This document shows, one piece after another, positions 15,348 through 23,967 of a DNA stretch of 34,960 nt. The position numbers and the translations under genes are program-made. The DNA comes from Candidatus Eiseniibacteriota bacterium. GTDB taxonomy: Bacteria; Eisenbacteria; RBG-16-71-46; CAVPCR01; CBDCWB01. The notes below the pieces were generated by a model. That model did no database searches. It had not been told where the DNA came from and was given only the letters and a program-made list of their open reading frames with translations. The DNA lies in assembly GCA_050115055.1 (NCBI GenBank), contig JASFRE010000001.1, forward strand, positions 1 to 34,960, read 5' to 3'. Each line of letters starts with the position of its first letter. The stretch's first letter is position 1.

Positions 15348-17294
15348 TCACGTCCCGCCTCGGGACGCATCCGATGTTTCGCGCACGTTGAATTCGAGCG
15401 TCCAGCGACCGCGCCCGTCGCGGCTCACGCACCAGAGCTCCAGCGTCCCGACCTCGGTGACCCGCGAACGCAGCCTGACCGGCACCGTGCTGCCCGCCAC
15501 ACCGCCCTCCTCGTCGCCGACCGGCAGCGTGGTGGAGATCGGCGCCAGCTCCTCGATCTCGTCCGTCCAGCTCTCGACCACGGTGCCGACCTGGTCCTCC
15601 TGCCGCACGCTGGAGCCGAGGAAGCGGAACTCGACCGGTTCACCCACCACCAGACCGAACTCGGCGTCCGGCAGCTCGGCCTCCATGCCCTCCTCCATGC
15701 CGAACGGCACGACGCAGACCGCCTTGAGCGGCGCCGCCATTCCCGGCACGGCCGGCATCGACGACTCGACGCCGATGTAGTAGGAGCGCGCCGTGCCGCC
15801 GCGGATGCGGATCCCGCGCCCGCGCCGTGCCAGTCCGTAGTAGGCCGCACCGCGCGCCACCGCACGATCGAGATCGATGCCGCCGAGCGTCCGCACCGTG
15901 TCGCTCCCGGCGTCGTGTGCCCATCGTGCGAGCAGCGTCACGACACGCTCACGCATGGCCTCGGCCTTCATGACGCCGCCGTTGAACAGCACCGCGGTCG
16001 GCAGCGTCTCGCGGAGCGTGCTGTCGCCGCCGCCGCCCGCCTGCCGACCGAGAAAGTGGGCCAGGTGTCGCGTCATGGCCGGGTCCGACTCGTAGGGCAG
16101 GCCGAGCTCGCGCATGCCGGTGCGACGGCGCGACTCCGGCACCGCGTCGACCTCGCACTCCGGGAAGAAGCCGTCGACCAGCACGCGCGCGATGTCGGCC
16201 TGCTCGAGCTCGGTGCGCAGCGTGCCGCCGATGAGCTTCGAGCCGCGCCCGACGACCACCACCGGCAGTGATTGCCGGTCCGGTTCGGCCAGCAGCGCCT
16301 CCTTCGCCACCCGGCAGCTGTGCCAGAGTCCGCGCAGCTGCCAGGCATCGAGCCGGTGCCCCTCGGCGGCGAGCTTGCCGGCCACGACGTGCGCCAGCGC
16401 CAGGTCCATGTTGTCGCCGCCGAGCAGGATATGGTCGCCGACCGCCACCCGCTCCAGCACCAGCTCACCATCCTCCTCGGTGACCGCGATCAGGCTCAGG
16501 TCGGTGGTGCCGCCGCCGACATCGCAGACCAGGATGCGATCGCCGACCGCGACCTGCTCGCGCCAGGCATCGCCCTGCTGGTCGAGCCAGGCATAGAACG
16601 CGGCCTGCGGCTCCTCGAGCAGCGTCACGTGACGCAGACCGGCCTGCTCGGCGGCGCGCGCTGTCAGGTCGCGCGCCGCGGCGTCGAACGACGCCGGCAC
16701 CGTCAGGAGGATCTCCTGGTGCTCGAGACGCGCCGCCCGCTCGTCGGCCGCCATGGCGTGGTTCCACGCGTCGCGCAGATGCTCGAGATAGCGCACGGTG
16801 GCCCCGAGCGGCGACAGCTTCTCGAGCTCGGGCGGCCCCTCCCACGGCAGGATGGGGGCGGTGCGGTCGACCTCGCCGTGGCGGAGCCAGGACTTCGCCG
16901 AGGCGATGACGCGCCCCGGCACCTCGGCGCCGCGGCGACGCGCCAGCTCGCCGACCACGTACGCCCGCCCCCGCGCCCACGGCAGGTCGAGGCTGCCCTC
17001 GGGCAGATCGTGCTCGGCGGCCAGGTACAGGAACGACGGCAACAACTCGCCAGCCGAGATGTTGCCGGGCTCGTCGAGCTGCGGCACGGCGAAGAGGTGG
17101 ATGGCAGGTGTCGTGGCGTCCGCTGCCGCCGCTGACGCCTCCCCGACCGCCGTGCCCCCCGACCCCGCCTCCGACGCCGCCTCTGACTCCGCCTCGAGGT
17201 CGACGTAGGCGAGGACGCAGTGCGTCGTTCCGAGGTCGATGCCGACGATGTAGCGCGCGTCGACGGCGCGCGTGTGGTGTCGCGTGTCGTTCAT
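15348..17294 (-). CDS. Hsp70-family ATPase paralogue (non-canonical, DnaK-like NBD)
   Basis: Motifs are YIVGIDLGTTHCVLAY, SAKSWLRHGEVDRTAPILPW, LLEEPQAAFYAW, VCDVGGGTTDLSLI and LGGDNMDLALA. The C-terminal VTEVGTLELWC motif is shared with the downstream paralogue (LTEVGTLELFC). I took the ATG at 17294 as the start; the GTG at 17321 is an alternative. Confidence 0.85.
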   Translation of the reverse strand: MNDTRHHTRAVDARYIVGIDLGTTHCVLAYVDLEAESEAASEAGSGGTAVGEASAAAADATTPAIHLFAVPQLDEPGNISAGELLPSFLYLAAEHDLPEGSLDLPWARGRAYVVGELARRRGAEVPGRVIASAKSWLRHGEVDRTAPILPWEGPPELEKLSPLGATVRYLEHLRDAWNHAMAADERAARLEHQEILLTVPASFDAAARDLTARAAEQAGLRHVTLLEEPQAAFYAWLDQQGDAWREQVAVGDRILVCDVGGGTTDLSLIAVTEEDGELVLERVAVGDHILLGGDNMDLALAHVVAGKLAAEGHRLDAWQLRGLWHSCRVAKEALLAEPDRQSLPVVVVGRGSKLIGGTLRTELEQADIARVLVDGFFPECEVDAVPESRRRTGMRELGLPYESDPAMTRHLAHFLGRQAGGGGDSTLRETLPTAVLFNGGVMKAEAMRERVVTLLARWAHDAGSDTVRTLGGIDLDRAVARGAAYYGLARRGRGIRIRGGTARSYYIGVESSMPAVPGMAAPLKAVCVVPFGMEEGMEAELPDAEFGLVVGEPVEFRFLGSSVRQEDQVGTVVESWTDEIEELAPISTTLPVGDEEGGVAGSTVPVRLRSRVTEVGTLELWCVSRDGRGRWTLEFNVRETSDASRGGT

Positions 17295-17394
17295 GATGCG
17301 ATGCGTCCGCTCCGCCGCCACGGGTCGCGCGCGGCGATCAGGGTCAGGTCCGAGTCCGTTCGGCGTCCACGCATGACCCCCGCCGGGTCACGGG

Positions 17395-18303
17395 TCAACC
17401 GATCTCGACCTCGGCCGGGGCGATGATCTCCGGATCCTGGCCGCGTGCATCGGTCGGCAATTGGACCTCCTTCGCACGCCAGCCACGGTGCCGGAGCGCT
17501 CCGGTGAACGGTGGATCGCCACTGACATTGCCCGTCAGCCGGATGGCCGAGGGATCGAAACCGCTCTCGACCGTGACCTGCGTTCCTTCGTCGGCCCCGT
17601 TGACCGGCTCGATGACCAGGTGCTCCTCGAGCGCCTGCCGGCAGCCCGCGTGCACGGCGCGCACCGCCGCGCCGATCTGCGCGTCGCTGAACGACTCGAT
17701 CTCCTCGCGCAGGAAGTCGACGAGCCGCCCGTCGCGCTGCAGGACAGCGAGCAGCTGCACGGCATCGCTCCTTCGGCGTACCGGTCCCGTCTCCTCGACC
17801 GCGGGCACGCTGCCGCGGACGGCGATCCACGCGGTGAACAGCGCCGCCAGGAAGGTCCCGGCGAAGGCGGCGACGACGATCCAGCGCTCCGGAGCCTCGA
17901 CGACCTCCTGCCAGTTGCGGGGCAGCATGGCCTTCCAGTCCGGGCCGCTCGCCGAACGGCGCGGTCCGGCGGCACCGGCTCCCGGCGCAGGGCCGGTGAC
18001 CACCTCACCACCGATCGCAGCCGCGCTGTCGTCCGCGGCGTCCGCGGCGACCGCGGCCGAGTCGGCCGCCGCCTCCTCCGCCCCGAGCGCCCCGCCTGCC
18101 GTCGTGTCGGCGGCCGTCGAGTCGGCCGTGACCAGGGTCGAGTCGGCGATCACCGGCGCCGGCCCCGTCGGCGCCGCCGCTCCGACCGTGGCGCCGGCCG
18201 CCCACGCAGACCAGCGCGCCACCATCGCCACCGCCACCGCCACCAGCAGCGCGAGGAGGAGGGCGGTCGTCAGGGTTCGCAGCACGGGCACTCTCGGGCG
18301 CAT
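17395..18303 (-). CDS. DUF2760-type membrane protein
   Basis: ORF 17395..18588, trimmed to the ATG at 18303, which has GGAGGAG 3 nt upstream. It has an N-terminal TM (LTTALLLALLVAVAVAMVA), an Ala/Asp-rich low-complexity stretch and a second TM (WIVVAAFAGTFLAALFTAWIAV). The conserved C-terminal domain is LLAVLQRDGRLVDFLREEIESFSDAQIGAAVRAVHAGCRQAL...IRLTGNVSGDPPFTGALRHRGWRA. I recognise this as the DUF2760 pattern usually found next to Hsp70-like genes. Confidence 0.75.
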   Translation of the reverse strand: MRPRVPVLRTLTTALLLALLVAVAVAMVARWSAWAAGATVGAAAPTGPAPVIADSTLVTADSTAADTTAGGALGAEEAAADSAAVAADAADDSAAAIGGEVVTGPAPGAGAAGPRRSASGPDWKAMLPRNWQEVVEAPERWIVVAAFAGTFLAALFTAWIAVRGSVPAVEETGPVRRRSDAVQLLAVLQRDGRLVDFLREEIESFSDAQIGAAVRAVHAGCRQALEEHLVIEPVNGADEGTQVTVESGFDPSAIRLTGNVSGDPPFTGALRHRGWRAKEVQLPTDARGQDPEIIAPAEVEIG

Positions 18304-18818
18304 GACTCCTCCGTACAACTTGCCATGGGAATGAGACTTAAGGGGATCACTGGAGTCCCGGCCGGGCAACGATGGGCCGGGCGGAGCGATCGCAGTGTTC
18401 GTCTCGCCGATGCGACCGCGGATTGTCGCACGGGTCGGCAGCGGGGGGAAGCCTCGCCTCCGACCGCGCCCGGTGGCACGGCGGGCGTCCGGGCCACCAC
18501 GTGGCCAGCGGCCGCACGCGGCGGTGGCACCATGGCCTGGGCCCCGGCCGTCTCGCGTGACCGTCTCAATCGTCTGATCTCGACCCACTCAACCGTCTCA
18601 GATGTGGAATCCCTGCAGCATGGATCTACAATGGCCGATCTGAATCTCTGAAGGCGTGGTTGCAGGAATGGCCCAGGGCCGCAAGGATGGGCCCGGCGGC
18701 CACGACCGGATCGGGGCGCCGTGGTGGTGGCGTCCAGGGTACCCCCGGAGTCGCGCCAGCTCCGACCCTCCAGCAGCGTGGCGGCGTGCCGGGCACGACC
18801 GCTGGCAGCGAGCCGACG

Positions 18819-20159
18819 ATGAACGCGATCCCGAGCAGTGCCGTGCCACGGCGCGACGACGATCTCGACGAAGGCCTGGCGCCGCCGGACGCCGCCAGCA
18901 CCTCCCCGCCGGACACCCGCGCCGCTGCGGTCGCCCCGGACCTCGCGTCGACCCGGCCCCTGCGCATCCAGATGATCGCGCCGACGCCGTTCTTCGCCGA
19001 CCGCGGCTGCCACGTGCGCATCCTCGAGGAGGTCCGCATCCTCGAGAAGCTGGGTCACCAGGTGCAGGTCGTCACCTACCATCATGGCCGCGACCTGCCC
19101 GGCATCGACATCGTGCGCTCGGTGACCGTACCCTGGTACCGGAAGCTGGCGCCCGGACCGTCGGTACACAAGCTCTACACCGACTGGCTGCTGGTCGGTG
19201 CCGCGCTCCACGCCGCCGAGCACTTCCGCCCGCATCTCGTGCACGGCCACCTGCACGAGGGCATCTTCGTCGGCGAGTTCCTGCGCCGTCGCTACCGGAT
19301 CCCGCTGGTCGCCGACCTGCAGGGCAGCCTGGCCGACGAGGTGGCCGACCACACCAGCGACCGCGTCAAGCACCTGGGCGGCAGAATGTTCGAGCGGGCC
19401 GAGCGCTGGCTCACCTCGCTGCCGGACTGCATCGTCACCAGCTCGTCGCGCTTCGCGGAGATCGTGCGCGAACAGTTCGGCCGTGACGACGTCGTCACGC
19501 TGGCCGACGCGGTCGACACCGAGCGCTTCCGGCCGCTGCCGCGTTCTGGCGAGCTCGCCAGCGCGATGGGCATCCCCGACGATCGGCAGATCGTCGTCTT
19601 CCTCGGCGTCCTCACCGGCTATCAGGGTGTCGAGCACCTGCTGGAGGCGGCGCGCAAGATCCTCAAGCACCGGCGCAAGCTCCAGTTCCTGATCATGGGT
19701 TACCCCAGCGTCGAGAGCTACCGCGAGCGTGCCGCCGATCTGGGGATCGCCGATCACATCACCTTCCCGGGACGCATCGACTACGACCGTGCCTGCGAGT
19801 ACCTGAACCTCGGCGACATCGCGGTGTCCGCCAAGCTGTCACGCACCGAGGCGAACGGCAAGCTGTTCAACTACATGGCCTGTGGCCTGCCGGTCGTCGC
19901 CTACGACTCGCCGATCAACCGCGAGATCCTCGCCGATCTCGGCTGCTACGCGGAGTACGGTGACACGGACTCCCTGGCCTTCCAGATCGATGCGCTGCTC
20001 GACGATCACCAGCGCCGTCGCGACCTGGCCGCCCATCTGCGTGCCCGTGTCGTCGAGCACTTCTCCTGGAATCGGGCCGGTCTCGAGCTCGCCAACCTCT
20101 ACGACGCACTCCTCGCGCGACGCCGGGAGCAGAAGGCGGCATCCCAGGTCTCCGGCTGA
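18819..20159 (+). CDS. Glycosyltransferase family 4 (GT-B fold)
   Basis: LRIQMIAPTPFFADRGCHVRILEE, HGHLHEG and the C-terminal half (VVFLGVLTGYQGVEHLL...ISAKLSRTEANGKLFNYMACGLPVVAYD) fit GT4. I chose the ATG at 18819 because third-position GC is about 93% after it and about 78% before it. TTG 18660 and ATG 18687 cannot be excluded. Confidence 0.75.
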   Translation: MNAIPSSAVPRRDDDLDEGLAPPDAASTSPPDTRAAAVAPDLASTRPLRIQMIAPTPFFADRGCHVRILEEVRILEKLGHQVQVVTYHHGRDLPGIDIVRSVTVPWYRKLAPGPSVHKLYTDWLLVGAALHAAEHFRPHLVHGHLHEGIFVGEFLRRRYRIPLVADLQGSLADEVADHTSDRVKHLGGRMFERAERWLTSLPDCIVTSSSRFAEIVREQFGRDDVVTLADAVDTERFRPLPRSGELASAMGIPDDRQIVVFLGVLTGYQGVEHLLEAARKILKHRRKLQFLIMGYPSVESYRERAADLGIADHITFPGRIDYDRACEYLNLGDIAVSAKLSRTEANGKLFNYMACGLPVVAYDSPINREILADLGCYAEYGDTDSLAFQIDALLDDHQRRRDLAAHLRARVVEHFSWNRAGLELANLYDALLARRREQKAASQVSG

Positions 20160-20249
20160 GCCGCTGATGCCGCTCCGCGCTCGGCCTCCCGGCCGGCTGC
20201 GCAAGCTGCGACCGTCCCGGCAGCGGTGGGCCCGTGCCCTGCCGCACCG

Positions 20250-21923
20250 CTACCAGTAGGGTCGATGTTCCCGCGAGAAGTACTCGTTGGTCATCGCGCG
20301 CGTCGTCCGTGTGAGCAGGACCAGCGCGATCAGGTTGGGCAGCGCCATCAGGCCGAGCGCACTGTCACCGAAGTTCCAGACGATCTCGAGCGAGAAGATG
20401 GCGCCGAGGAAATGGACGACGCAGAAGACCACCTTGTAGAGGCCGACGTACCGCGGGCCGAACAGGTAGACCGTGGCCCGATCGCCGTAGTAACTCCAGC
20501 TGATGGCGGTGGAGATCCCGAACAGGAGCACGCCGACGGTCACGATGTAGTGTCCCCACTGCCCGCCGAGTGGCTCGAGTCCCCGGTCGAAGGCCCAGGC
20601 GGTCAGCGGCGAGCCGTTCTGGGCCATCTCGCCGTTCAGCATCAGCACCGGCAGCAGGTCGAAGTCGATCGTGCCGGCCTCGACGGTCAGGGTTCCATTC
20701 CATGGCGCGCCCTCGAGGTCCCGGATCAGGGAACCACGCACCAGTGAGTGGTTACGGACGAACGCGACGTCCTGCGGCTCGCCATCGACGCACTCGAACC
20801 GCCCGGTCGCGAGCATCGCGTCCGCCACGCGACCGTTGGTCCGCACCTCTGTCTCGGGCTCGACCACGGTGATGTCCGACTGTGCGTTGATCGGTACGGC
20901 ATCGACCCGGCGCTCGTGCCAGGTGTCGGTGACGATGATCACCAGGCCGGTGATCGTGCAGATGATGAGCGTGTCGATGAGCGGCCCCATCATCGCCACG
21001 ACGCCCTCGCGCACCGGCTCGTCGGTCCGGGCTGCGGCGTGGGCAATCGGTGCCGAGCCCTGCCCTGACTCGTTCGAGAACAGACCGCGCTTGACGCCCC
21101 ACGTCAGCATGAAGATGAAGGTCCCGCCCGCGAAGCCGCCGATCTCGGCCGCCGGCTGGAAGGCCGAGGAGACGATCGTGGCGATCGATGCCGGCAGATG
21201 GGAAGCGTGGAAGAGCAGCGTCAGGAGTCCGCCACCGACGTAGATCGCCGCCATGTAGGGCACCAGCTTGCTCGTCACCGAGCCGATGCGACGGATGCCG
21301 CCGAGGATGACCAGCGCCACCAGGGTGGCCATGAAGGCACCGGTGATCCAGGTGGGAATGCCCAGGTCGGCGCGCATCTGGTCGGCCACCGTGAAGGCCT
21401 GGATCGAGTTCCCCGAGCCGAAGCTCGATACGATGGCGCAGGCGGCGAAGACGATCGCCAGCGGCTTCCACGACGGGCCGAGGCCACGCTCGATGTAGTA
21501 CATCGGCCCGCCGGAGGCGGTGCCGTCGGGCAGGATCACGCGATAACGCATCGACAGCGTGCACTCGGCGTACTTGAGCGCCATGCCGAAGACCGCTGTC
21601 ACCCACATCCAGAAGAGCGCGCCGGGTCCACCGTAGTGGATGGCCGTCGCCACGCCGGCGATGTTGCCGATGCCGACCGTGGCCGACAGCGCCGTCGTCA
21701 GGGCCTGGAAGTGCGACAGGTCGCCCTGGTGGCTGGGGTCGTCATAGCGGCCACGGATGACGTCGAGGCTGTGCTTGAGCCTGCGGAGCTGGATGAATCG
21801 CAGGACGACCGTCGTCAACAGGCCGGTCAGGAGGAGCACCGCCACCATGAGCGGAAAGGCGTCGGGCCAGCCCCAGATGGTCCCGGAGAGCCGGCTGGCG
21901 AAGTCGCGGATCGTCTCCATCAT
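20250..21923 (-). CDS. Sodium:alanine (amino acid carrier, AGCS) family symporter
   Basis: ORF 20250..22142, trimmed to the ATGATG at 21923, with GAGG motifs just upstream. Motifs are FQALTTALSATVGIGNIAGVATAI, GGPGALFWMW, GLFSNESGQGSAPIAHAAA and AISWSYYGDR. Confidence 0.85.
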   Translation of the reverse strand: MMETIRDFASRLSGTIWGWPDAFPLMVAVLLLTGLLTTVVLRFIQLRRLKHSLDVIRGRYDDPSHQGDLSHFQALTTALSATVGIGNIAGVATAIHYGGPGALFWMWVTAVFGMALKYAECTLSMRYRVILPDGTASGGPMYYIERGLGPSWKPLAIVFAACAIVSSFGSGNSIQAFTVADQMRADLGIPTWITGAFMATLVALVILGGIRRIGSVTSKLVPYMAAIYVGGGLLTLLFHASHLPASIATIVSSAFQPAAEIGGFAGGTFIFMLTWGVKRGLFSNESGQGSAPIAHAAARTDEPVREGVVAMMGPLIDTLIICTITGLVIIVTDTWHERRVDAVPINAQSDITVVEPETEVRTNGRVADAMLATGRFECVDGEPQDVAFVRNHSLVRGSLIRDLEGAPWNGTLTVEAGTIDFDLLPVLMLNGEMAQNGSPLTAWAFDRGLEPLGGQWGHYIVTVGVLLFGISTAISWSYYGDRATVYLFGPRYVGLYKVVFCVVHFLGAIFSLEIVWNFGDSALGLMALPNLIALVLLTRTTRAMTNEYFSREHRPYW

Positions 21924-22168
21924 CCTCGCAGTCCTCGCAGTCGAGCCGCCGGGGCGCGCGGCGGCACGTCCGGGTGCACGCGCCGGGGACACAGGCACGC
22001 CCGGATCCGACCGGGCACGACGCGCCGTACCTCTACCGCATCGCACGGCCACGGACAACCCGGAATCCACGCCCCGGGTCGCGGCGTCACCGGAGTCGCC
22101 GACGCACCATCCGCGCCCCAGGGAGGGCGATCGGCATGGCATGATGCACGGACGAGGAGGATCGAGGC

Positions 22169-22615
22169 ATGGAGGAACCGGTACGGACCGTGGCGGGCGG
22201 GTGCCTGTGTGGCGCGGTGCGCTTCGAGGCCGATCTGCCGAGCCGCTTCTGCGCGCACTGCCATTGCTCCAACTGTCGGCGGGCGCACGGTGCCGCGTTC
22301 GTCACCTGGGTCGGCTTCCCGATACGGCAGTTCCGGATCGTCGCCGGCGATACCGTGCTCCGGAGCTACCGCACCGATACCGGCGCGACACGGCGCTTCT
22401 GCGCCACCTGCGGCAGCACGCTGACCTACGAGGGACCTCGCTGGCCCGAGGAGGTGCACGTCACCCGCGCGGCGATCGAGCAGCCGATCGACCGCGAGCC
22501 TGGAGCGCACGTCTACGTCGACCACCGGGCCGCCTGGTGGGAGATCAGCGACGGGCTGCCGCAGCTGGGCGGCGAGAGCGGGGTCGAGCCCCGCGACCAG
22601 GCTCCGGGCGGATGA
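22169..22615 (+). CDS. GFA family protein (glutathione-dependent formaldehyde-activating enzyme/CENP-V-like Zn-binding fold)
   Basis: GAGGAGG lies 8 nt upstream of the ATG. GGCLCGAVRF, CHCSNCRRAHG and FCATCGS are the typical GFA Cys motifs. Confidence 0.8.
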   Translation: MEEPVRTVAGGCLCGAVRFEADLPSRFCAHCHCSNCRRAHGAAFVTWVGFPIRQFRIVAGDTVLRSYRTDTGATRRFCATCGSTLTYEGPRWPEEVHVTRAAIEQPIDREPGAHVYVDHRAAWWEISDGLPQLGGESGVEPRDQAPGG

Positions 22616-22674
22616 CCGGCGCGGCGCACCCGTGGCGGGTCGCGGCCGGCTCGATGCGCCCCGGACACGCAGAC

Positions 22675-22754
22675 GCCGGGCCACCCGTCCCCGCGGGGAG
22701 GGCGACCCGGCGTCCTGCAGTCGTCCGACCGATCACGCGGCCCGCGATCGCGGG
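22675..22754. terminator. Two GC-rich hairpins/palindromes in the convergent gap between the GFA and propeller genes
   Basis: GCCGGG...CCCGGC (22675-22711) encloses the palindrome TCCCCGCGGGGA. The perfect 14-nt palindrome CCCGCGATCGCGGG is at 22741-22754, 17 nt past the propeller gene stop. There are no U-tracts. Confidence 0.3.
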
Positions 22755-22770
22755 TCTCGGCCGGTCGCCG

Positions 22771-23658
22771 CTAGTTCTGGAACTTCGCCTTGATGTTGCC
22801 CCAGGTGGTCGGCTCGACCGGCGTCGCACCGAGCGTCTCGGCCTGGATGAAGCGCGCCGAGACGTCCGAGTACCAGGAGGTGATCAGGCCGGAGCCGTCG
22901 CGCGCGATGACGTGCACGCCGCTGCCGTTGGTCGTCAGCAGGTTGCCGTCCGTCAGCTCGTAGCAGCCACGCGGACCGCTCACGCCCGGATAGGCGCCGA
23001 CCTGGGTGCCGTCGGGCAGGAACTCGTAGATGACATCGTCGGTGAAGTCGGTCGCCAGCACGTTGCCGTTGGCGGCGAGCGCCATCTGCTCGACGAACGG
23101 CAGGCCGCTCGTGAAGACGCCGAGCGGCGTCCCGTCGAGCGCGTACCGCAGGATGTTGTCCGTGTTGATGCTCGCCACCAGGACGTCATCCGTGCGGAAC
23201 AGGATGTCGAACGGGCTGTCGAGCCCGCCGCCGCCGCTCGGGATGAAGTCGCCCAGCGACGCGCCGGTCTGGAGGTCGTAGTACGGAATGTAGTCGTCGT
23301 TGCCGCCGGTGCAGTAGAGCGCGCCGTCGTAGGCGGCGATGCCCCGCTGGTTGTCGATCCCCGCGGCGAACGTCGACAGCCAGTTGCCCGCGAGATCGTA
23401 CTGCTGCACCGCGTCGTCGATCTGGTCGGAGACCAGGAAGCCGGTCGAGTTCAGCGCGCAGTCGATCGGCGTGCTCAGATGGTCGGGATCGGGCGGCACG
23501 GCGTAGCCGAGGAACGCGCCCGAGACCGGATCGAACTTGAGGACGCCGTCGTTGCTCGACTCCGGGATGAGCAGGACGTCCTGGGCCAGGAGGGGCGTGA
23601 CGATCATCACGCCGACGAGGACGACCAGGCAGGCGAGCGCCGTTCGCAAGTGGGTCAT
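22771..23658 (-). CDS. Secreted six-bladed beta-propeller-like repeat protein (hypothetical)
   Basis: GGAGG lies 7 nt upstream of the ATG, followed by the signal peptide MTHLRTALACLVVLVGVMIVTPLLAQ. There are six repeats of D-x-[IV]-x-x-[FY]-x(3)-G-x(2)-[LV]-G, such as DGVLKFDPVSGAFLG, DAVQQYDLAGNWLSTF, DYIPYYDLQTGASLGDF, DNILRYALDGTPLGVF and DVIYEFLPDGTQVGAY. Confidence 0.7.
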   Translation of the reverse strand: MTHLRTALACLVVLVGVMIVTPLLAQDVLLIPESSNDGVLKFDPVSGAFLGYAVPPDPDHLSTPIDCALNSTGFLVSDQIDDAVQQYDLAGNWLSTFAAGIDNQRGIAAYDGALYCTGGNDDYIPYYDLQTGASLGDFIPSGGGGLDSPFDILFRTDDVLVASINTDNILRYALDGTPLGVFTSGLPFVEQMALAANGNVLATDFTDDVIYEFLPDGTQVGAYPGVSGPRGCYELTDGNLLTTNGSGVHVIARDGSGLITSWYSDVSARFIQAETLGATPVEPTTWGNIKAKFQN

Positions 23659-23967
23659 GCTGGAACCTCCGAGAAGGTGTGCGAGTGATGTGTGAGCGCT
23701 TCGTCGGCGCGACGTTGCGACGCCGCGCCGGGGACCGGCTCATGGCTCCCACACGGTGCATGGCCGGGCCCGGCAATCATCCCCTAGTGTAGCATTCCCG
23801 CCGCGGCGCGAGCAATCCGCGTCGGACCGACGCGACGCCCGTGCCCGTCGCCCCGCACACCGTTGCCGGTGAGGGGCACTCGACCTGCAACCTGGATTGC
23901 AGCAACCGGCCGCACGCGAACCGCGCGGCGATGGGGACCGGACCGCCTCACCCTCCCACGACGCGAC

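Noticed and set aside
12134-15391. 1085-aa + strand ORF, with other long ORFs in the same region (12099..12743, 13267..13704 and others)
   Set aside because: It lies antisense to the Hsp70-like gene, whose translation carries unmistakable Hsp70 motifs. The + strand translation is Arg/Ala/Gly/Pro-rich with no motifs. This is the typical stop-codon-poor shadow frame of 70% GC DNA.
18270-19757. 495-aa minus-strand ORF antisense to the GT4 gene, and the small ORFs at 18372..18577
   Set aside because: There are no motifs and the composition is typical of shadow frames. The + strand GT4 frame has about 93% third-position GC.
21198-23688. + strand ORFs 21198..22424 and 21757..23688
   Set aside because: They lie antisense to the AGCS transporter and propeller genes. 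They are also out of frame with the well-supported GFA gene at 22169..22615.
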